Part shown: positions 38,647-50,199 of the stretch, piece by piece
How positions within the stretch are numbered: the first letter of the stretch is position 1
How the letters are laid out: every line of letters begins with the position of its first letter
Assembly (NCBI RefSeq): GCF_009914755.1
Contig: NC_060934.1
Length of the DNA: 64,000 nt
Origin: the human T2T-CHM13v2.0 reference genome, Homo sapiens
Direction: 5' to 3' (one strand)
The notes under the pieces: model-generated
Databases searched by the model: none
The model's input: only the letters and a program-made list of their open reading frames with translations
Told to the model about the DNA's origin: nothing
Made by a program: the position numbers and the translations under genes

Positions 38647-39165
38647 TGAGAGGTGAAGCCAGCTGGACTTCCTGGGTGGAGTGGGGACTTGGAGAACTTT
38701 TCTGTCTAGCTAGAGGATTGTAAACGCACCAATCAGCACTCTGTGTCTAGCTAAAAGATTGTAAATGCACCAATCAGCACTCTGTAAAAAATGCACCAAT
38801 CAGCACTCTGTGTCTAGCTAAAGGATTGTAAATGCACCAATCAGCACTCTGTAAAATGGGCCAATCAGCACTCTGTAAGGTGGACCAATCAGCACTCTGT
38901 AAAATGGACCAATCAGCAGGATGTGGGCGGGGACAAATAAGGGAATAAAAGTTGACCACCCCCACCATCAGCGGCAACCTGCTAGAGTCGCTTTGCAGCT
39001 TGCGGAAGCTTTGTTCTCTTGGTCTTCACAATGAATCTTTCTGCTGCTCTCTGTTTGGGTCTGTGCTACCTTTAAGAGCTGTAACACTCATTGCAAAGGT
39101 CTGTGGCTTCATTCTTGAAGTCAGCGAGACCAAGAACCCACTGGAAGGAACCAACTGTGGACACA
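38647..39165 (+). mobile_element. ERV9 solo LTR, LTR12F-type
   Basis: Starts 'tgagaggtgaagccagctgg', ends 'ggacaca'; 4-bp TSD ATGG (38643-38646, 39166-39169); seven 'ccaatcagca' repeats; GGGCGGGG box; AATAAAA TATA-like element. Confidence 0.97.
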
Positions 39166-39782
39166 ATGGGAGTCTGGAGACCTCACTTCGAGAGTCAGCT
39201 CAGCTGCTCAGGCAGTTGTATGTTGTTGTGGGCCTCCATTTCCCCATCTGGGAAATGAGGAGCTGGTTGGGATGATTACCGTGGGCATGTCAGGACTGTG
39301 CCCCAGGTGGTGGATAACGCAGCTGGCCTCTCCCTGGATGTCTATTCAAGGACCGTGCCTATGTGGGGTCTTGACTGGGTGCTGGGGAAGGAGGAGATGT
39401 AAATCTTCAACCGAGAACCTGTTCTAAAGAGGCAGTTTTCCTTCCAGCACCAACAAAGACAGAGTGAAATGGGAGCTCAGTGGGGGAGGAATAATTGTGA
39501 ATGCAGTCTCAGAAGGCTTCCTGGAGGAAGAAGGGATGAGTGGTGCCAAGGTAGATGGGGTAGAGTGTCTGAATGGGGCTCTGTGCAGCAAGAGCAGTGA
39601 TGAGGATTGTGAATAAAGTGGGCTGCAGGGGTTGTGAGTCTGTGATAGAACAGTCTGGATTCCAGCATCTGCTGGCACTGGCCACTCTCCAGGGGACACG
39701 GATTCCCATAGAGCTCAGGACTGTTGGGGGCTGCCTGGATTCCCCTCTCCCCCCGCCCTGGCCTGCTGTGGGAGGGATAGAG

Positions 39783-39936
39783 CTAGTGTGCTCAAAAATG
39801 TTTAACGGTTCCCTGTAAACATCCCCATCGTGACCGATTCCACAATACCAATGTGACATCACCAAATGCAGAGTTGGGAAGAGATGAGCACACTTGACTC
39901 TCAGGAGTGGGTGTGAGCTGCCTCCAGCACACCGCA
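39783..39936. mobile_element. MER63A-like hAT-Blackjack
   Basis: 'gagttgggaagagatg...ctctc...gtgagctgcctccagcacacc'. Confidence 0.7.
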
Positions 39937-40531
39937 GGTTGGAGTCCAGTGTAAACCCAAGGAGTCAGGTCAGAGACCCACATGGTGTCAAGACTCAGAA
40001 GATAAAGGATGGAGTAGCACACATGCCACCTCCACTCCCACTTGTGCCTATGGCAGACATCACTAATCAATTGTGTCTCTGCTAAGCTCAGAATTATTCT
40101 CATCTGAGTGCTCCAGGCAGTCGCTATCAATTGATTACAGTTGGCATACAAAATGACAGTTCTTTGCCATTGCAGATCTAGGCTAACCTCCACATTGTAC
40201 ACATGGGGGAAACTGAGGACCAGATAGGGAAGGAGACTCTCTTGAGGTCATCCAAACAGTTTGGGAAAGCTGAGGCTGGAAGGCCAGTGGCTCACCTCAC
40301 AAGCTGGCACTCCCCTGTCCTCCCACACTGTCTTTGCTGTTGACAGCAGCAGTAACAAGGGAAAGGAACCTTGTTCCTAAGAGAGGTGGCCTTGGGCCTG
40401 GGCTGAGCATCTTATCTTCCCTGAAGTTCCTACCTCGAAGACAGGGATGAGTGCTGTCCTAACCGCCAATTCTCATTACAAAGACGTGTCTGCAGCAAAT
40501 GGCCATTTTCCCTTTGTGCCCTTCCTTGGGG

Positions 40532-40533
<2 letters not shown>

Positions 40534-40566
<33 letters not shown>

Positions 40567-40575
40567 GTGTGTGTA
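40534..40575. repeat. (TG)n microsatellite
   Basis: Seen directly. Confidence 0.95.
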
Positions 40576-43111
40576 TGCAGATTTACACAGCCCTGCCCAC
40601 AAGAATGGACATGTTTTTAATTCCCATAAGCTAGAGACAAACTTGGGGACCTTCCCAGAGAGCAGTGGTCCCTCCTGAGCACCCCTGTTTGTCCCCAGGT
40701 TTATCATCAGAGCAGGCACTGGCTCGTGGTTTATCCTGCGATGGACTCTGGGCAAGTCTGCTCATGGCTGCGAAGCGTTGGGCCCACTCTGTTTCCGTCA
40801 CCTTTATTCTTTTCTTTTTCACTTCGCCACACTCAGATATCATCTCTCTGGCCAGCCCTCCCTGATCCCTGACCCCAGCCCTCTCCTCTGCTTCGAGCTT
40901 CCCTCTGGCTTTGTGCCATCACCTGGGGTTGTGGGATGATATGCCTTCATGCCTGTCTCCCTCCTGGACTGGGCGTTCCCTGAAGGCAGGGCTGGGCTTC
41001 CTTTTAGCGGAGTCAGCCTGTGATCGTGGTTGAGTTTACCCCAGCAGCTCCCTTTGCCTCTCTCCAGAGTTGTCCTCTTACTGTGATTTGAATCCAGGAT
41101 TCTTGGATCCGGAAAGAGACCTGGGGACCTTGTGGTCATTCTTGCATTGTTCCCTGGGTGTCCACCAGCTGGGGTTTTAGTTCTAAGCCACAGAAAAGGA
41201 GTGTGGCTGATGTAAGTAGACGGTTTAGTGAAAGGTTAGCGTGTACTCGCTGAATTGCTGGGAGCCCGAAGAACCAGGTTCAGGCAGGAGGCAGGGGGCC
41301 CGGATGGCAGGCAGGATCACAGCTGCAATTTTGCCACAAGGCTTTCTGGGAGGACACTGCCAGGCCGGGGCACTGGACAGTTTTGCAGCCTTGAGGCCAT
41401 GTGGCCTTTGGAAACAGGATGTTTGTGCAGCTGCTGCAGCCATCACAAGAATGGAACCTCTTTTACCTGCATGTCCTCAACTCAGATTCAAAATTGCCAG
41501 GCAGCTGCCTCTGACCTGTGGAGCCAGGTCACCCGCCACACCATAGCTGCCAGGGGCTAGTGGGCAACTGAGGCTTAGCCCCGCCATGAGTCCCTGAGAG
41601 GATGGGACACACCTCGCCATCGCCCCCACTGTGGGGTGAGGGAGCCCAGGCAGGCACTTACCAGTTCCTGTCTCTCGCTTGGTAAAGGCTGTTCCTGGGG
41701 TGTGTCAACTCCCTGGCACTCTGCCGTGCCATGCACACAGGGCAGAGGTGATGTATTCCTCCAAAGTCTCCCCAGGAACATGAGGGGTTTCAGGGGAGTG
41801 GAGGGACTGAGGATGGACCCTGAGGCTCTGCTGCCCCTACCCCCAGCTTCAGCTTGGGTTCTGCTATGTTCACTGTACTTCTACGTGGGGGTTTGTGGAG
41901 ACCAATCTCATATTATACTAAACGTCGACACCCATTTGGTCCAACACTGAGGTGTTTGGAGGCCCTAATAGGGGTTCAAGGTCACAGTGAGTGAGCGAGT
42001 GGCTGTGGTGCATGAACCCAGGTCCCCTGATGCCCCACGCTGGCCCCTCTGGCAGCACCTCAGCCTCTTACACCAGAGCCCACACCCCTCATTGTCAGGA
42101 GGGCCTTCAGTGGCTGGGCTTATTTGGAAATGGGACTTGGAGCTGGATTGTCCCTGTGCAGGGTTCACACACCCACAGACAGTTAGCTCTGGGAGGGGTC
42201 TTAGAGACCCCTGGCCCTGTTCTTACTTATGCAGAGAGAAGGCAGAACCTCCTTGCCCAGCACCCCTCCGGGGACTTCTGGAAGATATTTGGCGAGGTGT
42301 TCACGGCTCACCTCCCTGCAGAGGAGAGATCATTATCAGTGCTGCCTGGCCGCCATCAGCACCACAAGGAAATAGGCACGTCTGGTCGTGGGAGTCACCT
42401 AACCCATGGCTGGTCATTGGAGGCTTATGGGCAGGGCTCCAGGAATGCCATCTTGCAGGGGAAGAGTGGGCAGGTAGCTGGTCATCTACCCCTGGGCTGA
42501 GGCAGGAGGCAGCCAGCTTCAGCTTACAGTGAGTGTTACCCTTCATGGCTGGGGCAAGGAGATGGAGTGGGTTTGGCTCATCTGTCTCTGCTTCCTCCAT
42601 AGCACAAGGCTGGGCCAATGTGCTGTGTGTGGACACGTCCATGTGTGCAGGATGGAACGAGTTGCCCTCCCTATCATCTCGTGACCTTGCTCATGATACT
42701 TAGCTTCTCTGAACCTTGATTTCTTCATCTGTAAGATGATGGTGACCTTATTGGATTGTTGTGAAGTTTAGGTGAGAAAGGCGTGAAAGTGCTTAGCCTG
42801 GAGGCTGGCACAGAGTAAAGTTCAATACACACTAGATAGTAATATTATGACCTCCTAATTTGTAAGCTAGGGAGGCAGTGCCTGCCTTGCAGGGTTGGCT
42901 GGAGGATTAAATGAGATGGTCTACATAAATGCTGAGCACAGGTTTTGGCTCATAGTACAGCTGGCTGGTCATGCATGTTAACATCACAAGGGGAAGGTTC
43001 TGCCAGTGGAGTGAGACATGGGCTCCTGGATGCCACTTTCTTGATGCACGCTTGAGACTTTTACAGACCCCTTTAATTTTAAATTCTGTTTTGTGGCTCA
43101 TCTCAATAAGG

Positions 43112-43850
43112 TGTATCAATTAAGATACTTCCAGCTGCATGTAATGGAAAAACCGAGTTGGAATGACTTAAATAAAAAGGAGGTTTAATTTTGCACGTTA
43201 CAAGAACAGTAGAGTGATAGTAGAGTTTAGTGATTAAGGCAGAGCTTAGAGCTCAAAGCCAGACTGCCTGAGGTGAAATCATTGCTAGCTGTATCACCTT
43301 GGGCCAGTTAATTAACCTCTCTGGGCCTCAGTTTTCACATCTATAAAAGGGACTAGCAATAGTACCTTGCTCACTTGGCTCTGGTGAGGATTAAATGGGT
43401 TGCCAAATGCAAAATGCTTAGAACAGTGCCTGGCGCAGGGGAAATGCTATGTTAGTGTTGGCTGTCTATTTATACCAGAGTTGGGATTGTTCCAAGGCTC
43501 ATCAATTTTGGGGTTCAGTGATATAAACAAGGTATCGATTTTTTTTCCATTGTCTACTTTGCCACTGTCAATGTGTTGATTTTGTCCTCAGTTTTATGCC
43601 TTCCTCATTCAAGAAAATTGCAGCTGAACCAAGCATCACTGTCCAGAGCCAGAAGACAGAATATCTCTTCCTTTTGGGGAGAGAAAAACTTTCTCCAGTG
43701 GTGTTCTTGACACCTCATTGGCTGGAAAGGGGTCAAATGCCTAGGTTAACTACTTGGGGGAGAAGAGAATGGAATTACTGTGATTGCCCGAGTCTGGCCA
43801 AGCTTCATCCTCCTGAAACCACTCGTACTTGGACTAACTTGGAGGTCCGC
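43112..43850 (-). mobile_element. Old MLT1 (J/K-like) LTR interrupted by a MIR (about 43215-43470)
   Basis: 'tgtatcaattaagatacttccagctgcatgtaatggaaaaacc'; MIR core 'ccttgggccagttaattaacctctctgggcctcagttt'. Confidence 0.6.
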
Positions 43851-44231
43851 AGTGAGGAAGAGGGGGTGGGATGGTGAATCACCTAGTAATGTCTGACTCA
43901 GGGTAACGGGGTGTGGGGACACAGCCACATAGCAAAGAATCTGCTATCATACCAGGCTCTGCTCTGCAGGGCCTGATACAAGTTTTTGGCTAGTCCTGAA
44001 AGCCTCTCTGGTCTGGTGCTGGCTGCCATCTAGTCTGCGAAAGGTGGCTCAGATGGAGGCCTGGGTAAGAGCGTCCAGGAGCTGAACTAAGTCCTTATCT
44101 GTGGTGGTGCATATAAATAACAACTTCTATTTATTCAAACTGACTTTCTCCCACTATGATCTAGGAGGCAGATATTATTTTTATATTCATTTGAAGACGA
44201 GAGAGCTGAGGCAGGGGGAGAGTAAGTGATG

Positions 44232-44622
44232 TGCTTTGGCATATACTATTGGTGCCCCACCCACAACCCTTTGGTCCTTCTTGGAGGTCACCTGTAGCCA
44301 TGGTGGACAGTGGCTGACTTGCTTGTGTGCAAGGTGGCCTGGGCGTGCCGGGAAGTTAATGCCCAGAGTGACAACCCTCAGGAAGTGGGGGAGGGGAGTT
44401 GATGGATAAACACCCCAGCTTCCTCACCATTAGGGGACAATTCCTAGCTGTGTTCGGCAGTCTCTTGAGGTGTGTGTGGCAGTAACCTGCTCACAAGTGC
44501 ATATTAGTGTGGCTTTTCTGTCTTCCTTGTCTGATTTTCATTTGTTCTCATCTGGACTTCCCGGGATCACTTCACCCAAATCCTGGGCTCAGGGGCTGCT
44601 TCTGGTATAACCCAAACTAAGG
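44232..44622 (+). mobile_element. LTR16C-like ERVL LTR
   Basis: 'gggaagttaatgccc', 'ggataaacaccccagcttcctcacc', end 'aacccaaactaag'. Confidence 0.8.
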
Positions 44623-44879
44623 CCCTTGTCCAAGATTGCAGGGTTAGCAAGAGATGGCGCAGGGATACACACCAGGCCAGCCAAACTTGAGCCTGAGCTC
44701 ATGACCAACAAGCCACTCCTCTTGTCGTTGGAAGAACTGTGAAAGAAACAGGAGAGCCCCAACCTCAAACCCCAAACCCCACTCGACTTCAGCCAGACCA
44801 GTGCTCATGGTGGTAGCGAGCTGCCTGTACAGTAACCAAGCCCAGTGTTTCCTGCGGCGAGGGCCTGCTGGGCTCTGAC

Positions 44880-45195
44880 AGCCAGTGGTAGTGGCTCATA
44901 AACTGCCTGATGGGATGGGACCAGTGACCCATGAACTGAATCTGAGGAACAATTCGGCCTTCCCCAGCCGGCTGCAAAGGAGCGATTACGGACCATCCAG
45001 GAAATAATACATTTCATGGAAAAGACCGTAATTACGGAGTATTGAGTAAATAATATGTGCTTTTTAAAAGTCTGCAATTATGTATTTATCCTATCTGTAA
45101 TTAGGGAATTTTTAAAGGGCGCATTATAGGTAATTTAAAAATAAAATAATGACACCACTCAAAACAAACAGCCCCAAACAAAGACAATTCAGGCC
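44880..45195. promoter_or_regulatory. Candidate homeodomain-rich enhancer / conserved non-coding element
   Basis: Repeat-free; palindrome CCGTAATTACGG at 45026-45037; many TAAT/ATTA; CTCATAAA. Confidence 0.45.
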
Positions 45196-45451
45196 ACCCC
45201 AAACTTGGTTCAGTGGTGATTTCAGGGGTAACCGCTGTCCTGGGCTTCTGGGGAAATCAGATGGTCCATGATTGTCCTGGGTGGGTGAGGTCAGCTTGAC
45301 CCCAATCTTGGCTTGATGTCTAGAAGTTCCTCCGTGCTAACATTCTATCTTTGACTAGCCTCAATCCTCAGAAATCTCTTCCTCTGGTGACAGCCAAGTG
45401 ACTACTGCGTGTTGGCAGCATTTCTCACTCTTATTCTTCTAGAAACTTTAA

Positions 45452-45650
45452 GGCTGCCCTGTCTGATGCAGTAGCCATGAGACACATGTGGCTATTTAAA
45501 TTTAAATGAATAAAAACTTAAAAAATTTAAACACTCAGTTCTTTAGTTGCACTAGATGCATTTCAGGTACTCAGTAGCCACACATGTGTCAGACAGTACA
45601 GGCATGGGATATTTCCATCACTGCAGAATGTTCCAGTGGACGGTGTTGCT
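45452..45650. mobile_element. MER3 (hAT-Charlie)
   Basis: 'gtagccatgagacacatgtggctatttaaatttaaat', 'gttgcactagatgcatttca', 'catcactgcagaa'. Confidence 0.85.
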
Positions 45651-46032
45651 TTAGAATCTACAGCTCATGTATGTAGTAGATTGCTTACGTGGTGTAGACC
45701 TGGTCTTGAACAAATGCAGTGAAAGAAAGCTTGCTCTTTTTTCTGAAGTTTCTTCCCCACTGGAGAGACCCAACGTTACTTCTCCCTTCTTTTACACGTA
45801 CTGTTTTATATTGACTTCCCTTAACGAGCGGGGAGGCTTGTCTCATTCATCTTCATGACACCCCATCCCAAGCCAGGATCTAGAATATGTATGTTGGTAG
45901 AGAAGCACTGGCTCAAAACTTTTGTGAACATTTTTCTCCATTCCTCATCTTGTTGTTTTGCAGCTCAATGTCCACCTCTGTCTTATCGCTCTTAGGCACA
46001 TCAATGACAAACTCTTGGCCAAGGTCGTACTG

Positions 46033-46262
46033 GCATGCTGGAGGTGATGCAGGTGATGATGGTGACAGTTATGATGGCAGTGGTGGTGGAATTGGAGGTC
46101 ATGATGGGCAGGGTGGTGCTAGAAATGTTAGGGTGGTGGTAGAGGTAGTGGTGAAGGTGATGTTGGTGATGGCGTTAACAAAGGTTGGGCCATGATTGTA
46201 TCGACATGGTGGAAATAGCTGAGGTGTTGACAATGGAGGTGATGAGGGTGGTGGTAATGGAA
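46033..46262. repeat. GGT/GAT-rich low-complexity tract; inverted copy of 49239-49454
   Basis: Colinear alignment of its reverse complement to 49239-49454 (see findings). Confidence 0.85.
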
Positions 46263-46874
46263 CTGAGACCTTCTATGTGTGAGACCCAGTGGACACTGGG
46301 GTGGAAAGCCAATGCTTGTGGAATGAGGGGATGGATGGGTAGGGCCTGTCCTGAGTCTCTGGCTGGCCAGCTGTGAGTCGCAGCCCCAAGCCATTCCTTC
46401 TGAGCTTCAGGCTCCTTTTCTGTAAAATTCATGAGCGGACATTTAATTTTTTAATTAAAAACTCTGATTTTTTTTAATAGTGGATATATTTACATATTTG
46501 AAAATAAAAATAAAATGAGAGGATTGTCGAGTGAAATGCTCCTTCTGCCCCATCTGTCCATTCCCTCCCTCTTAGCTAGACACTGCTATCAATTTCCTAC
46601 ATCCTGAAGAGTTTCTTTTGAATGTGTTTACTTTAAAGCAAACACATATGTTCGTTTCCTTCCTTTTGCACCAGTGGTAGCATAGTGAACACACTGCTTT
46701 GTGCTTTGCTTTTTAAGTGGTGTTTTAAGCTATAAGATACAAGATACCTGTGTGACATCTGAGATAGTCTCTCTTTTTGAAAGATATACACCCCAAATTC
46801 ATAAGGTCTTTGAGAACAGTGACTGTGCTCCCTTCTTCTTAGCTGACCTCAGGCCATGCCCATGGCTGGGAATG

Positions 46875-47075
46875 GCACGGTGGAGCACAGACTTCTGGAG
46901 TCAGTAGAGTCACATTCTTGGTAAGCTTGGAGACCTCTGCTTTCATAGCTGCAAAATGGGGACAATAATAGTCCCTGCCTCAAAGAGTTGTGGTTGAGAT
47001 GAGTTGATTGGAGTGCTGAGTCTGCAGCCCTCTGCTTAGTGTCTGGCACAGAGTAGGTGCTCAATAAATGGTAGA
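46875..47075 (+). mobile_element. MIR
   Basis: 'ctgcaaaatggggacaataatag', 'gtgtctggcacagagtaggtgctcaataaatg'. Confidence 0.85.
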
Positions 47076-48529
47076 AATGGTGACTCCCTGAGGTGAGTGC
47101 CATCAGTGTGTCTGTGAAGGGGTGGGCTGCGGGGCTGGCTCAGAGGACCTGACATCTCCCCTTTAGCTGGTGGGGCTGGCAGGATGAGGTTCTTCTTTAC
47201 AGCATACCTGGGATCTCATATCTCCTCATGTGTGTTCCATCAGAGAGAAGCTATTCCTGCCCGAGCAGCGGCATGATAGCTGGAAGGAACCTGTTGGGTT
47301 GGATCAGAATCCTGAGACAGGTTGTCATGGCTGAGGCTTTGTGAAGGCAGAGTGGGTCACTCCTCAGCATGCCTGCTCCTGCCCCTATTTCAGAGGAGCC
47401 ATTAGGGAGGGTTAAGAACCTCTTGCCACTGTCATTTGGCTCTACTTAAACAAGTACACTGAAGGCCCTCAGAGCCCACCAAAGCTGCTTTGTGTGCTGG
47501 GAGAAGGAGGAGGAGAGGATCCAAGGCCCAAGTGCTTTCTCGCTGTCCTTGGATGCCTCTGGCAAGAGAGAGTGGCGGCCCAGATGGGATGTGCCGAGGC
47601 AGACCCTCCTGCAGCTCATCACCTCTTGCCACTGCCTCTGTAGCAAGCCCTCCCTGCTCCGCCTGCTCCCAGACCTGTCCCCTTGAATCTGTCTTCATCT
47701 CTGTCCCTGGAATCATTGACTTGCAGGTCAACATGGATTGTCTCTCTCCTGGGCTGACCCAGTGCATGGCTGGCCCCGTCTGCATAGTCAGGTTCTCCTA
47801 CCTTAGCCTGTATTCAAGACTTCCTGTGATGTGGGCTTCAGTGTCTGGCCTGATTCCCCTCTGCCACCTCCCGATGGGCTGGGTTGCTTCCTCCACCCAC
47901 AAATTGCCAGCTTGGGCAGGACTGGGAACCAAACAGACACAACATCCAGCGCCTCTTACCCTCTTACTATTTAGGCAGAACTTGCCATCATTTACTCCCA
48001 GAGCTGGTCTCGCCTCTTTCAGCTGGCCTTCTGTCCACCTCTCCCTCCTCCGAGCTCCTCCTCATCACTGGGCTCTGAGCCCCAGGTGGTCTGCTGTGGA
48101 TTATTTCCATGGGTGCCACTTTCCTCAGAAGAAAGAGTATAATGTGCTAGTTAAGAATATGGACTTCATTTTCACACTGTCTGGGTTCAGATCTCTTCCT
48201 GGCTGTGGCAAGCACTTCACCTCTGAGTCTTAGTTTCCTCACTTGCCAACAGGAGTAATTGTTCCTACCGCATGGGTGCTGATTGAATGAAAGGATGCAG
48301 GTGAATTACTTAGCACAGAATTGGACATCACGTAAACAGTTGCTACATGTTAGCTGTTAGTATTAGACCACTGGGCTCTGATTTCTAACACAGGAAGAAA
48401 TAGCCTGACCTTCACCCCACTCATCCCTGTAGGACAGAGGCTGGCCTGGTGGGGGCACTCAGAAGGGGTATCCACAGTTCATTTTGGGACTACAGGAAAG
48501 ATCCAATCTTTTCACTCTCTTCCCTTCAG

Positions 48530-48650
48530 GCTCCCCCCAGCCCCATCCTAGTCCACACCCCTAAAGGGATTCCCAGAATTTCGGAACCCTGATCAACATA
48601 AACCCTGGGCCCCTCAGGCAGGTGCCAGCCAGGAGTAGTGGATTTACAAG
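48530..48650 (+). ncRNA. Candidate non-coding exon
   Basis: Acceptor tcttttcactctcttcccttcAG (48528-48529); donor AAG|gtaagg (48651); stop codons in all three frames. Confidence 0.3.
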
Positions 48651-48941
48651 GTAAGGACGTATAAGATGTGACAGGCCTGGAATTAGCAATGCAATTCCTC
48701 TGTCATTTTTATCATTGGCCCCTGCAGGGAGGAGCTGATTAAATGGATATTCAACTCTTTGCATTAATGTGCATCCAGCTTCAATTTGCATTTCATTAGC
48801 CGCACAAAAAGCATAATTTTATTATTTGCCGTTGGAAAGCAGATCTCTGCTAACAAGCAGCTACACGCTGTTCCTGAAATATGGTGTGACTGACTCGCTC
48901 CGCTGTCTAGCTCACCCTGCTATCTTCTTCCCCCTCTGCAG
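48651..48941. promoter_or_regulatory. Candidate enhancer / conserved non-coding element (POU, MEIS, PBX-HOX motifs)
   Basis: ATTTGCAT octamer at 48784-48791, CTGTCA, TGATTAAAT, CATTAATG; repeat-free. Confidence 0.45.
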
Positions 48942-49047
48942 ACTTCCGGCGCTCTGGTGAAGGTGGTACATGGCAGATTTGGCTTTATCATGGCGGGCTG
49001 TGTTCTCATTCCAGCCCTGGTCCCGCAGAGGGCTCTGTATTTCTCAG
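48942..49047 (+). ncRNA. Candidate non-coding exon
   Basis: Branch-like ctcac near 48911, tract tcttcttccccctctgcAG (48940-48941), donor CAG|gtacct (49048). Confidence 0.3.
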
Positions 49048-49094
49048 GTACCTGGGGAGGCAGGATTGACAGCTGCCATCTTCCTGGTCAGTCA

Positions 49095-49780
49095 TTGTCA
49101 TCACCACTAGTAACATTAACACTATCAAAACAGTGTTTCCACCCTCATAATACCACCTTCACCATACTCACATTGCAATTATTATCATTATTATTACGTC
49201 AGTATCGTCATCACCTCCACCATCACCATCATTATCATTTCCATTACCACCACCCTTCTCACCTCCCTCATCATCACCTCCACTACTTCTATCACGCTGA
49301 TACATCCACAACCAATATTAACACATCACCATCATCACCTCCACCGTCACCACTCTAATCACCTCCACCATCACTCTGACCATCACTATCACCAATTCCA
49401 CCCCCACTGCCATCATATCTATTACCATGATCACTTCTATCACCTCCACTGTGCTAATAATATCTTGCCCACAGCTGTTATCACCATCACCATCATCACC
49501 TCCACTGCTACTTCCACCACCACCACTATCATCACCTCTACCACCACTACCACCACAGTCTCCACTACCATGACTAACTCCACTCAGCCAAACTAACACC
49601 ATCTTCACCACCATCACCCTCCTCCCACTACCTCCACATCCCAGTACTTTCACTGGTACCTCCACACTAATCTAATCACTGTCTCTCTCAACACCCTCAG
49701 AACTATCACTGCCACTCTCACTACCACTATGATCACCACCCTCTCTGCCACCAACACCACTGTCTCCACATCTTCCATGT
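49095..49780. repeat. (CAC/CAT)n-rich low-complexity tract
   Basis: Seen directly. Confidence 0.9.
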
Positions 49781-50199
49781 CAGTGAGGACCTTGACCATC
49801 ACAGCATCCACACTGTGTCTTTGACATTACTTTTAAAAATCTGAAAGCACCAGCATTGAAAATTTTCATTGCTGTCAGAGTCCATGGATCTGTGGTCCCT
49901 ATATGGGAGTGTTGCAATAAGCAGAGTGACTGGAGCCCTTGAGGGGAGCAGGGTCCAGGTGACCAGTGCCAAGGGATCTGGAGAGTGAAGCAGAGGGACA
50001 GTACAGTAAAACCACTGGTGGGAGCATGAATTTGGAGGCAGATGGAATTGATCTCTGATGCACCATGGGACCTTGAATGAGCCACTTTTCTGAGCCCTAG
50101 TTTCCTATCAGTCAAGTGGGACTAATAATACCCCTTCATTGAGTTGAATATTAATTAAATGACAACATGTGTTCTGAGGATCTGCAGAGTGAAAGCTGC

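Noticed and set aside
38700-38920. Regularly repeated ccaatcagcactctgt units resembling a CRISPR array
   Set aside because: This is the normal tandem U3 enhancer repeat of LTR12; the intervening pieces are themselves repeated, the context is eukaryotic and there are no cas genes
47490-48233. Longest ORF (247 aa, plus strand)
   Set aside because: Non-ATG start, Ser/Pro/Leu/Cys-rich composition, no recognisable domain, and the 3' end runs into a MIR; consistent with a chance ORF in GC-rich DNA
48957-49665. Poly-His and Gly-rich ORFs resembling a transcription-factor low-complexity region
   Set aside because: Translation of the CAC/CAT low-complexity tract; no DNA-binding domain or coding exon structure
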